Source of the DNA: Paraspadella gotoi
Lineage: Eukaryota; Animalia; Chaetognatha
Reading direction: 5' to 3'
NCBI GenBank assembly: GCA_051294375.1
Contig: CM119265.1
Span: 23,115,514-23,179,513, forward strand
DNA: 64,000 nt
Positions 10,927 to 23,605 of the stretch are shown here, in pieces; the stretch's first letter is position 1; the number at the start of each line of letters is the position of its first letter. The notes beneath the pieces are model-generated. The model saw nothing but the letters and a program-made list of their open reading frames with translations. It did not search any database and was not told the DNA's origin. The translations under genes and the position numbers were made by a program.

Positions 10927-13900
10927 CGTTTTTTAACCGGCGCTTGTAAAAATTGTCACCATGTCACATGCAACTGTGGGTTCGCCTTGGACTCTGTCCG
11001 ATCTCAAATCACCGATGTGTTGACGGTGATTTCGGCAGGCGCCGTTCTCCCTGCTTTGCCTGCGGTCGGTCGCGGATCTGAGCTGGCTTTTCCCATCGTC
11101 TGCATCAATCTCGTCTCGGCGTCGTTGGGCCTGCGTCCTCCCTGGAGCGCGCCCATCGGACCGGCGCCATAATATCCGCGACTTTTGGGGTGGCGTGTCT
11201 CGGGCCGGCTTAATTTAGGCGGCTCTTCGGTCGGCGTCGCCCCACGGTCGCCGATTTGGCGGCGTCGTTTTGAGACTCGACGTCTTTCTGGATTCTGTCG
11301 ATGAATCGAGAAGCCGAAACAAGAAGTCCAACGGGCGACGACGCCGAAGGCGAGTCAAGGCCTTCCGTCTTCGAACGCAAGAATGGCGTTGGTGGCGTCA
11401 GCGGAGATCGTCCACTGTGTCTTCCTCGAAGTAGTATCCCTCAAGCGCTCGTCCAACCGCCGTCATATTCTACGGCGACGCCGCGACTCTGTCTCTACGA
11501 CGAAGAGTCCGTCTGGGAATGGATGGAAACTACGATCAAGATGAGGTTTTAAAAGATTCTAAAAAAGGCTTCAAATGTGTAATGAAATGTTTAAAAATTT
11601 TGAAGGTTTAAAATTTAAATGTACACATAAGTCTTATGGTTTTAAATTGTCAAGTTTTATGAATTTCTGTAGAAAAGTGGTTTTTTTTTTGTTGTCAACA
11701 TAAGCTGTCCCGGCCGGTAAAACTTTATAATCTATCATTTGACTTCTTAGAAAAATGGTGAGGATTTTTCTCGAAAGGAAACAAAAAAAGTTGGTCCATA
11801 AATATCCGTCTCGCTTCTTTAATATAAAAAAAACCTCCCCCCCCGCGGAAAGCTCGCGACGCCTGCCATCCCCTCGTCAACGCCACCGCGTCTCGTCACA
11901 CATCACGCCCTCTATCTCAATGCCTTCTCGCGACGTCTGCTTCTGCCGTCCATCGACTACGCCACGCCACGTCGACCGGAAAATGCGTTGCGGGTGCAGA
12001 ATCCGGCGATGTGTTGACGTTTTGGGGGTCGGCGATGACGTCCCCTTGCGTCTCGAATGCGTCGTCGCCGTCGTGACGCGTGGCTCCACGTCCGCGGCGA
12101 CGCGGGGAATCCACTCAGGCGTCGTACTGCCAGGACGGGCGTCGGCAGTGACCAGCAGAGTCGGTCCACGGGCGTCCCTTTCTGCGTCGGCGTCTTTTCC
12201 TCTTCGTCACGGTTTTTCTTTTCGGCCGCTGCTCTTGTGCGACGGCGGCCGGCTGCGCTCTGAGGGGCTTCTGTCCGCCGCCAATCCTCAGGCGTGGCGG
12301 AGCCAATATATGGCCTCCGGCAGACGGCGTCGTCGAATTTCCGGCGCCGTTTGGAGCGTCCTTCGTCGATCTTTCGATCCTCGCCAATCCCTCTTCGCCG
12401 TCTCTTTCTGGTTCTTCCCTTTTCTCCGACGGTATGGCTGGCATCCGTCTATTTAATGAGCTCGATGCGAAGGAGTCTCCGGTTTCTCGCGCGCTCGGCA
12501 CTGGCGTCGACGATTCGGCGTCGGCGGCGTCGTTTTCGCCTCATCGGAGCGTCCACGACCAGACGATTGAGTGAGCTTCGTTTGTCCGCGTCTCTGGGAA
12601 GTTCGTCGTCTTCTTCGATTACGATTCCGATGGCCGGAATTTTGTCGACGCCTGGGTTCTAACGACTGCGCCGCGAACGGCCGGTTGGGCGAACGTCGCT
12701 TTTCCTACGGCGGCGCTCTAAGAAGTTCAACTACCCCAATTTTCCGCGACGATTCTGATGTCTTCGGGGCTCGGAGTTCGAGACGGACAGGGTCCGCCAG
12801 TCTCGGGCGGCTTTTCCGGGCGAAATTGAAGGAAAGGCTTTTTGGCTTGGCTTTTTTGGCTTTCGTTGGGGATTAATTATATAGTAAATTAATAAATCAA
12901 ATTTTATATGTGGTTGTACTAATTTCCATTTAATAAACATTTACAAGTCTAAAAATGAAGGCCATCTACATTTTGTAAATCAATGTTTCGAATATAATTA
13001 TACTTTACTCCTATATTTTAGAAAGCAGCATTGTCATAGTTATCCCTTTCAAACCCTCAACAAATGAATACATAAAATATTAAAGAATTAAATTGTTATA
13101 TATTTCTAAATTCTAATATGAATAAATCTCAAATAATTATTTCATTCAGTGGATAACAAAAATAAATTAAAACGAATTCCAAAGATGCAAAATGAGATTT
13201 ATGAACACGAGTAACTTTTAAAGCTTTAATTTTTTCATAGGATCTGAAAGATCTTCGCGGGAAACCAAATGCTCTTCGCGCCCAGGCGAACCTTTGGAGG
13301 TCGGGCCTTGATTTCTACGTCTTTAGCATCGACGATCCTTTTTCACCATGTCGTCTTTCATCGTCACGACGGCGTCAAGTTTTCGAGAACTCTCCCTCAA
13401 AGGCGGCGTCGTTTACTACGGCGATTGCGACGCCGATCATCGCTTTAGCCGCCTATCGCGTTGTTCGCGAGCGGGCAGCGACGGCAGGCAGAGGTGGAAG
13501 CGGCATCGACGGCAAGCGGCAGCAGCGACGAATTCGCTCTCCTCCTCATCTTCGCTCCTCTCTTCCCCCTCCTCTCATCTCCTTCCTCTCCTCGCTTCCT
13601 CCTTGCACCCCAAACTCCCCGTCTCGCCTTCTCCCTCTCTCTCTCCCTCTCCTATTCTCCCTTCTCCTCCCCTCCTAACCATCCTTCCTACTTCGCGCTT
13701 TCCTCGCCGCCCGCTTCGACTCGGCCCCCAGCCGCCGAGTTGAAACCGCTTTTGTCGGGCAGCCTCGACTTGCCCGCCGAAGTTGATCTTCTTACGCAGT
13801 GGATTTCGATCCTCGAGGCGAAGTTGAAAACGAACGGTGGAAGTTTTTAATTATGGAGTGGAGTTGGAAGACCTTCGTGGATGAGAGGCCTGCTGGAGGA

Positions 13901-13984
13901 GAAGGTGATGCTTAAAAAATGGTGGAGATGGTTTGGTTTTCGCGTAACAAGGCATAGCCCTAGTGAGAGAGAGAGAGAGAGAGA

Positions 13985-14027
<43 letters not shown>

Positions 14028-14690
14028 AAAAAAAAAAGAATAAGGCATATTAATACTTTTTTTTTTTAAATGTGCTCATCCTTGACCAAAACAACCCTCG
14101 TATGTCTGCCCCCTCCACAAGGCCAAATTCAAAACGCCCATCACTTCCGCCTTCAAATCCCTCTCTTCCGCCTTCACATCCACACGCCACCGCCTCTACA
14201 TCTCCATCAATTTACTCCATCATCCCGTCCACGTCTCTCTTCGTCGCCCGTCGGCTAACAACTTCGCCGCGTCTCCAAATTCCTCGTCCCCGGCGACGCC
14301 CACCGAGAACGTTGGGTCTCCTTTCTTGTCCTCGACGGCGCCTTCGCCGGCGTTCCGGCGTCGGGATCAAAGTCTTCGATTCAACGCCGGTCGCGTTTCG
14401 GCGTCGGTTGAGGGCGTGGAAGTCTTTTCTCGCGTCAACGAACGGCGCCGATGACGAACGGCCGTGGCTGATGTCGTCGCAGCAACAATTTGAACTCTGT
14501 TGGTCGAGGAAAATGGAATCGCGATTGGCGGCGCCAGTCGCTGAGCTATCCACTGCGATTGGCAATATGGCAGAATTGTCCCTATGTCGACGGGAACGTG
14601 CCGAAGATCCGTCGCGTGTGGAGAAGATTCGTCCCGTTATCGACGCGCTCAGCCGCCGCGCCGTTAACGTCCCGTCAAAAGGAAGCTGAG
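10927..14690 (+). CDS. Unidentified multi-exon gene, heavily frameshifted in this sequence
   Basis: GC-rich exon-like blocks (~10927-11545, ~11860-12835, ~13241-13840, ~14270-14690) between AT-rich or pyrimidine-tract introns; no recognisable motif; strand inferred from pyrimidine tracts and splice-like sites. Confidence 0.45.
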
Positions 14691-14764
14691 TCGTGGGAGT
14701 GAAGCGCCTTTTTCGCTGTTTATGTGGTTGTTTTAGGCTTTTGCTTCATTGAGAAGAGAGAGAG

Positions 14765-14822
<58 letters not shown>

Positions 14823-15655
14823 AGAAAGAGAGAGAGAGAAAGATTTAGTAATCAGTATTTTAATGGGCAATTAAATGTGCATCTTTTGTTTCTTTTGTGA
14901 AGACTTGGGGCAGCGTACAAGAAACGCCACCACGAAAAGGGGAAAAATAAAACAAAAGTCTTTCTTTAAGTAATTCGTAAAAAATTGTTTTGATTTTGCT
15001 AAAAATTTACGAAAAATTTTTAGTTTGTTTCTCCTCGAGTAAAATTTCGAACTTAAAACAAGTGAAATTATTTTTAATCAAAACTGGTTCGGAAAACATC
15101 GTACGACTGTTGTTTTGAAAAGTTCAGATAGTTGATAAACGGAATTGCGTGCTGTTTATTCGAAAAAAAACTCCATAAAAAGTTCAAACAAGAACGAACT
15201 TTTCGCTATCATATCTCGAAAAGCTCTCGCACTGATTAGATTAAACAAGAGAGAAGCAGAAAAAAAAAAACTGGTATTTCTCTCTTTTTTTTCCACTTTA
15301 CATCTACATATATTCCGAAAAACAAATGGGGAGCTCTCATCAAATTTTTCATTTTATTGGACTTATTTTTTCGAAAATATGGAATTCTTTTGGGTGAGTC
15401 AAACTGCACAACTGTATATCTAAAAGAGTTTGAACTAAGTTCTACAAAGCTCATTATAATATGGATTTTTATAGTAATTTAAATTTTTTCATGCGTCTTT
15501 ATGATCATATTTTGAAATAATTTTCCCGAAAAAGATAAACAAGTCTATAGTATAAGAGTCATTTTCTGGTGACTCGAAATTGACATTTAATAAGGAAACA
15601 AAAAACAACAAAACCGCGAAACGATTCTTTAGAAACACAATTTTAATTACTTTTA

Positions 15656-15889
15656 TGGTGGACTAAAATACACCAACCGTTCATCAGCGGCCATTGGTGC
15701 CGGAGGCAAGTCATTCGCCCCATATCCAAAGGTCGGGTTCTAGCCCAGGTGGTCGTCTGGCAAGTTAAGAGGGACGGGGACGCGTTAACCCGCCTGTAAC
15801 AATGGTGTTACAGCCTGATCCGAAGCTCATGGAACTGCTTAATATTGAGGTTCGGTCCATTACACAATATCAATAATACTGTCTCTTCA
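15656..15889 (+). mobile_element. Family-1 repeat within the duplicated FAAH2 segment
   Basis: Same flanks as 28-259, with indels. Confidence 0.85.
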
Positions 15890-16373
15890 CTTTATTAATT
15901 GCAACTCTATTATCGTTCATTGTCTAAATCACAATTTTTGTGAACAGCGTAAACAGCGCCGTGCCTCCACATTTGTCGACGAGGCGCTTCTCTTGTCGCG
16001 CACTCAACTGGCGGCCCGACATCCGAGCCGGGAAGAGGAACGGCTGTCTCAGTGGTCAGGAATTCGTCAAGAGGATTACGAAGGCGTCAACCAGACGCTC
16101 AACTGCATGTGGCCGAACAGGTATCGGGAAATGTGCATTGTGCAATTTCAAAATTGCAATGTTATACGTAGGCTTGTTTTAATTTTTCTGTATTTTACTG
16201 GCGAACTCGAATGTAAAGGACGACTGGCGGTTTTCATTGGGGTTGATACATTTAATAATAATATCTATTAAAGCGATGGAGTCTAATATATATGTGTATT
16301 GTACAACCAAGACAACATAGCTCTTCTCTCTCCTCTCTCTCTCTCTCTCTCGTCTCTCTTCTCTCTCTCTCCG

Positions 16374-16405
<32 letters not shown>

Positions 16406-16455
16406 GTCCTCACGTGAATTAATGACTACGTTTAACGTAATTGTATTACACCGTT

Positions 16456-16910
16456 TATGAAATTTTTGGTACACCAATATAAAAATTATCCATTCATTTA
16501 AATAAATAAAGCTATCTTGCCCCTGACTTTGGACAGGCTTTGGTGGTTTAAGGCCTCCATCACTCTTAACAAGATAATGACATAGCAGGTCCCTGCAAGC
16601 TTCAACCAGACTCTCTCACAAGTCTCGTTTATTCCACTCCCAGAGTAACCTGGCTTCCCTAATCAATGAAGTGGAAAATATTTCAAAAGAATGTTTCAAT
16701 TGTATGCAAAGACCAACTCCCTTAAGTATTAGATGGGAATACTTATTGTACTGCCGCACTAGCATCAAAAATTACAAAGAGGCTGAATTTTATGAAATTG
16801 GTACAACCAATATAAAAATTATCCATTCATTTAAATAAAATAAGCTATCTTGCCCCCTGACTTTGGGACAGGCTTTGGGTGTTTAAAGGCCTCCATCCAC
16901 TCTTACAAGA
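16456..16910 (-). repeat. Two family-2 repeat copies (16456-16574, 16791-16910)
   Basis: Duplicates of 806-920 and 1138-1254. Confidence 0.8.
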
Positions 16911-18469
16911 ATATTATATTATATAATGTATTTACTAATTTAATATACGTTCACTTACATTTCCCACTCAAGAATCAAACGACGGCGATTTTCGAGGCGA
17001 GAAATCGACGTTCTCGCTGACATACAGGCCGAACGCAGAAGAGAATCTCCAAAGGAAGAAACCATTTTTGGAGTTCCATTCAACGTGCAAGATTCTTCCG
17101 GTGTCAGGGTACACAGGGCGTACAGGGGTGCAGGGGTCACACTGCATATACTAATGCCGTTAAAAATTATTAATAAATCGCTAATCGTCTGTACTCGTAA
17201 AATCAAAATGAAGTTATCGATCGTTAAAATCAAATTAACGTGGATCAATCATTTCCGTTCAAACAATCAATCGGTAATGGGAAAATCGATCAATCAATTA
17301 GAAACCATCAATTAGTGAAAAACGTCAGTCGATCAATCCAACAATGAATCACTCAATCAATGCGATCTTTCATATCTGTCAAAGGAGAGGTAATAGCAAT
17401 CAATTTTTTTGCTAAACCATCACTCGAATTTAAGGTTAGTATCGTAAAACATTGCGTCTGACGCTCTGACTTCATTATGCATTTGCAGATTCTTGTTTCA
17501 GTGAATTGCCCAATGCTTGCTGTGCTTACCTCAGCCTCAATAGACGGTGGCGAAGTGGCGACGGCGGGAGGCGGTGAAGCGCATGCGCTTGAGGCGGCGC
17601 ATTATGCTCGCTCGGTTCTCTGATTCTCTTATATTTGTGCCCGAGTTGTGCCATGTGGTGGGAGACGAATTGCAAATTGTGGGGAAGAACGCGAAACGTG
17701 CTACGACACGAGGGCGGATCGTAGGGGGAAGTTCGGGTGGTAAGAGTGAAGAAACAACCAATTAACGTTTTTTCCTCGTCATCATCGTTACGTGGACAGA
17801 TCGAATGAATGTCATCCGCGCGCCTGACCTTACCTTTACTTTCCCGTCCAGAGCGGCGAAGGCCTGTGCATTCATCAGCGCCGCCGGTCAGTCTTCGGCC
17901 TGGAACCGACATCGGCGGCAGCCATTCGCCTCCCTCTTTCTTCACGGCGTCTTCGGGCACAAACCCACCCGCTACAATGGTGCCCAAAAGGGTCAGTAAC
18001 CCGCTGGGATCCGCGGAGGAACAGGGCTGAACAACACCGGACGCGATAATGTCGATAATCCCGAGGATTTTGCTGCCAACGTTGAAGGCGAGTGGAGTTG
18101 GGGTTTTTTTAAAAACGCGTGAATGTTAAATACGGCATTTTAACGATTACGTAGTGGTATGATTTTAGTAAATTAGAAATGAATTGGATAACTTATCGAT
18201 TATTTACTTGTTCAAAAAAGAATTAAATTAATTAACTTTCAACTAAATTGGATATTATATATATTAAGTCCAAATAGAGTAACATAATCTCATTTTGTCA
18301 ATGTAATACTTGTCCATCAGTTTTGGCGGGGAGGAGATTCTGAAAAAAACTAAAACTTGATGAACTGCATATTGAAAAACCATTTTCGCTCAATAGTTTA
18401 TAGGTAGAATTAGTCGCGTGTATATTGAAATGATTAAACAGCCTTTGATGTATTAGGGGGTGGGGGACC

Positions 18470-18494
18470 NNNNNNNNNNNNNNNNNNNNNNNNN
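18470..18494. other. Assembly gap (25 N) flanked by an unmerged ~720 bp overlap
   Basis: ~17750-18469 is repeated at ~18497-19209. Confidence 0.95.
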
Positions 18495-21400
18495 AGGAAG
18501 AACAACAATTAACGTTTTTTCCTCGTCATCATCGCGTTACGTGGACAGATCGAATGAATGTCATCGCGCGCCTGACCTTACTTAACTTTCCCGTCCAGGC
18601 GGCGAGGCTTGCATCATCAGCGCGCGCCGGTCAGTCTTCGGCCTGGAACCGACATCGGCGGGCAGCAATTCGGCGCATCCCTCTTTCTTCACGGCGTCTT
18701 CGGGCACAAACCCACCGCTACAATGGTGCCCAAAAGGGTCAGTACCCGTCTGGGATCCGCGGAGGAACAGGGCTGAACAACCACCGGACCGATAATGTCG
18801 ATAATCGCCGAGGATTTGCTGCCAACGTTGAAGGCGAAGTGGAGTTGGGGGTTTTTTAAAAGGTGAATGTTAAGATACGGGCATTTTAACGAATTACGAT
18901 GTGGTATGATTTTAGTAAATTAGAATGAATTGGATAACTATCGATTATTACTTGTTCAAAAAGAATTAAATTAATTAACTTTCAACTAAATTGGATTATT
19001 ATATATATAAGGTCAAATAGAAGTACATACAATATCATTTTGTCAATGTAATACTTGTCCATCAGGTTTTGGCGGGGAGGAGAAATTCTGAAAAAACTAA
19101 AACTTGTGACTTCGATTGAAAAACATTTTCGCTCAAAGTTTATAGGTAATGTAGCGGCGTGTATATTGAAATGATTAAACAGCCTTTGTGTAATTAGGGG
19201 GTGGGGGACCTTACCTGCTGGTCCTTAAGGCATTGTACCGATCAGTGGTTGTTTCTATTGACGAGGGCGTCCTCTTTTATGCTTAATAAGAGTGAGGACT
19301 CCGGATCGAACCCGAAACCTACGTTTGGGCATGGTGCCATCAGTCTGCAGACTAAGAAAACCATAACGACTTTATTGTTGGTGAGGCAAGCTTAAGTCTT
19401 CGGAAACGACCCTTAAATAATACTTGATCCTTTTCACAAAATCATGAATACCTCTCTCACCTCATTCAAATCATCAGCTGCACAACTTCGACTCTGAAGT
19501 GACGCCCCGGAATTAAGCCACGCTCAACACGATGGCGTCGTTTTTCTCGCGCCGCCGCGCCCGCGTTCCGAAGAGCGCAGTACTATTTCCCAATTTAGAA
19601 CTTCTTCGAAGTTGTGGGGAGCGATTAAGGGGACCGAACGGCGGCGCCCCCACATTTTTGTCGCTTAATGGGTTTACGGAAGGTATAATACTATTCCAGT
19701 AATATATTACTAATAGAGCCTGTTGATGAATATTGTGGCTTTCGTGCGATAGTATTGATTTATTGATTATTGGAGAGAATAATCGTTCAAAGTTGATGCT
19801 TTATTCATTATCAGTCAAACAAATTTCTTCGCTAATGTATCCAGATTTTTTGATTTGATTTGATTCGATTGATGAAGATTGATTGAATTGATGGTTTTAT
19901 TCATCGGTTCCTCTTGTCGTGTTTTCCTCTCATAGCTATCGCGGCAAACAACCCTTTTCACAAGAGGGCGCTGCTTTGGATCTTCGTCGCCTCCGGGCAC
20001 ACCTTTCCGGCGATCCTTTTGGGCTGGATCGGATATACCGGGTCGTTTCCACGGCCGGCCGAGTGGAAAGCCAGGTCGCGAGCCCACGTATTGAGGATGA
20101 GCTCGACAAGACTTTTGGGTGAGATTAAATTTCCAGATTATATGTATTTTAGTTTTTATATTAATAGCTCTCGTCAGGACTAGAATGGGCCATATGGTTG
20201 CGGACGGTGATGACCGGCTGCCGCTGTTAACGCTTGGTGGATTTTAACCCTAAATTATTTTCTTTTCATGAATTACTTCAAGTTTAAGGTTTTTAACTAA
20301 TTATTAATCTAATCATCTTTATCAGCTTTTTTTAAGTTAGTTGGCAAACCATTCTAGTCAATTTTATAAGTTAAAGTTCGCTTATTTTAATGTAATTTTT
20401 ACCCGTTATTTGTAACACTTTAATTCAACTTTGGTAATAATTTTAATTTTAAGTGAACTTTTTAGTAGACAAAAAAATTATAAAATACTAATTAAACCTT
20501 ATAAGGCGCGACGGAGTTCTCTCTGTCCCAGCAGTCACCGAACTACGCCTTGCTATCATAATCAGTCCCATTTTCAAAAAGTTCGCCCCTGTACACAATG
20601 ATCTTCAACATATTCGGACCCGTACTCAAGTCCCCCTAGGGCTGGGCAAGAGGGCGTGCCGGTTGGGGGCTGCAGGTCGTGGCCGCCAGGCGACGACAGA
20701 CTCTCGCATTGCCGTCGCGGATCGTTGGAGAAGAGATTCGGTGGTTGGGTCAACGCCATTGATCGACGGAAAAGAAGAGATTGCTTGGGGTATTTGCGCT
20801 TCGGCCCAAGACTTGGTCGGTCTGGACGACAGGTTATAAACCAATGTCCTGCTCTTGCCAGGGCTCCGTGGTTTGCTCGTTGTAGGATTAGTGTAATTTT
20901 GTATAATCAAGTTCGTTCATCAGGGATTGTCAAATGTTCAATATTAGAGTTCATTGCAAATATTTTGTACATGTAGTCCTTGAGCCTGAAATTTAAGAGT
21001 GTAAATTAATCCTTAATCATTTTTTAATTTCTTATTACATTACAATAAACTAGGATTTTACTTTTGTTTTTTCCAAAAGTTTTGTAAAGTTGTAAATTTG
21101 CTTTTTGAATCTGTAGCTGGGGATGTTCTGTCTGACTTTAATAAATTTTTGACCTTAACCTCAATAATATGTTAACTGCAAAAAAACCATTTCTTTTTTA
21201 ATCAAACTTGCAAGTATTTTTGCTAGCAAAACGACATTAATGCAAGGAATACAATTTATTTATTCTAGATTAATCACTAAGTCTGCAGTTAAGTCAGGCT
21301 GAGACTCTAAACATTAATCACTCCCTCGTTTCTCTTAAGAAAATTTTAAAATCTCGGGGTTTCCACTGATTCCGAAAAAAAAAAGAAACCGGTCTAAGAC

Positions 21401-23108
21401 TCTAGTCTAATGATAAACCAGGCGCAGAAAGCAAAAAATGACTCTTGTGGTTTTGAAAATATAATCGAAAACCAGTTTTTCCCAGTTGCGACGAACTCTG
21501 GGTAAATATTACAAATGTAGATATTGTCTAATTACTAATTTTTGGAATGAATGATGAAACTGAAATCTCACTTTTCTTAGTATGAAATGGTCAGAAGCGG
21601 AGATGTTCTTCAGCGTTATCATTTCCGAATAAGACAAGCTATTTCGTGAAATGGTAAAGTATATATGCCCACATTCTTTTTCTTTTTCTACACTAAATGT
21701 GCTATAATTCTTTGTTAACAAAAGGCTTTTTTTGCCTTCGAACTACATATTATTTAAAAAGCTGCTTTAAATAAAAACACCAAACCTCCCGCCCTTCTCT
21801 CCGCCGCCTCGCCTACCCACCCGTCCGCTCCTCGCCACACCCCCTTGATCCGCCACCGACGACGAACGACTTACGACACGACGACGACCTTGACCCGCTT
21901 TGCGCCGAGAAGAATATCCCCACGCTCATCGAGGGGGTCTCACGGGCTCTCCGTTCCGATCCTCATCCCCATCAAGTCTTCACAACTTCCTATGTCACGC
22001 GGAGGTGGACGGGCTTGCTTGAGAGTCGACGACGGTCTCCTCATTCTAGGAAGAGGGGATCTGTGGACGCCCCGCCGCCGCCTCCATCACCAACATCGGA
22101 CGAAGCGATCGAGTAGCGCGTGGGGATGCGGAAGAGAAAGTCGTTGATCAAGTGGCCCCCGTAGTGAAGAATGGTGCCCACTTTGGGACCCGTCCGAGAG
22201 AGACAGGTCGAGCAGGGCCGTCGCCGGCGTGGAGAAGGCAACACTCGGAAATATTCTTTAATCTGGCGAATCGGGTGACGGAGAGGAAGTGAGGGCGTAG
22301 ATGACCATTTTCTCTCCTTTCAGCGTCTGCTCTTTCCATCGCCGCTCACTGGCGCGGTTTCTCGGCCTCATTTTCCCTGTGGCACACCGGCGACAATCGG
22401 CGCGACAACCACCTCCGGCGCCGCCGCGTTATTGCCGTTCCAAATATCTCACCCTAAACTCTCCGGGATCCATTTTCGGCAATCATGAACGATAATAATG
22501 ACGGAACGGCCCGAACCATTTTCTCATCAATGATGTCAATGCTTTCCATCGCCGCCAAGTCCGAGATTTGTAACGCCGCCCATTGAGCACCGGCGAATCG
22601 CGGCGAAAGCTGGACGGCTCTTCAGTGGATCGGTGTTGTTCCAAGCGGCGTCGACAGCAAGCGCGGCAGGACGCCACGTCCGGTGCTGCATCACGTGACC
22701 CAGAGGCGGCGTGGAATGGCGCGTGGTGACGGGATCGTGGACGCCGGGGCGGACGGTGGCGTAACGCGTTCCCGCTGCCGCCGGAATATGGACGATCGGG
22801 CAAGGCGCGGGTACGCGAATTCACGTCAAGTCCAATCAGTGGACGGCGCGGGACGCAGGGCGCCGCCGGCGTGGCGAAAGGCGAACGGCGTTCGTCGTCC
22901 GTTCGCATGGGGAAAAGTACGGCGTCGTCGAGTCGTAGGATCGATGCCCTCTGGAGATTCCGGCGTCGATCTTGAATGAGAGGGTGAGGGGGGGACATTT
23001 CGTAACGAAAGTTTATAATGAAATTTTCGTTACGTTTTATTGTTAATAAGAAAGGAAGAATGAATTCGATAGATTTTACAGTTTATAACTATATAGTATG
23101 CTATAGTA

Positions 23109-23225
23109 ATGAAATTGGTACAACCAATGTAAAATAATCGCCATTCATTAATAAATAAGCTATCTTGCCGCCTGACTTTGGACAGGCCTTTGGGTGGTTT
23201 AATGGCCTCCATCACTCTTACACGA
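23109..23225 (-). repeat. Family-2 repeat copy in kinase intron
   Basis: Duplicate of 33076-33189. Confidence 0.8.
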
Positions 23226-23605
23226 TAATTATATACTTGACAATCATGCCATAAAGTTCAGTCATGACTTCAGTACTTTTACAGTTTTTTAGCAGTGTCT
23301 AAAGCACTTTTCCCGTCTTTCCAAGCTCACATAAAAGCAAACAAAACCAAAATAAAGAACGGAACAACTAAAACAAAACGAGTCAAACTGCGCCGTTCCA
23401 ACAATTCCTGAGCGGCGTCGGTAAAAGATTAGAGAGAGAAGACGCAAGACGGCGGTCGATATTTCAACGGCGCCGCCAGAGGATCGAGCGCGATTCTCCG
23501 TGGTGGCGGGACGATGAGTTCGATCTCGACGTCCGCAAGATTTGAAGATGCGGTTCCACCTGCCTCGTGAAATGAGAGGCCTGCGAGGTGGAGGAGGAGA
23601 AGCCA

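Larger units (their letters stand above)
15948..20762 (+). pseudogene. FAAH2: FAAH2-like copy B, nearly full exon set but full of indels (probable assembly error copy)
   Basis: 15630-17740 duplicates 1-2050; GTDIGGS nucleophile exon at ~17851-18090 and again ~18598-18835; 3' exons at ~19478-19682, ~19906-20118, ~20506-20762. Confidence 0.75.

Noticed and set aside
13851-14069. ORFs rich in ER/SL dipeptides (also near 5.5, 16.3, 28.2, 37-38, 40.9, 46.5 and 59.9 kb)
   Set aside because: Translations of (GA)n/(CT)n microsatellites
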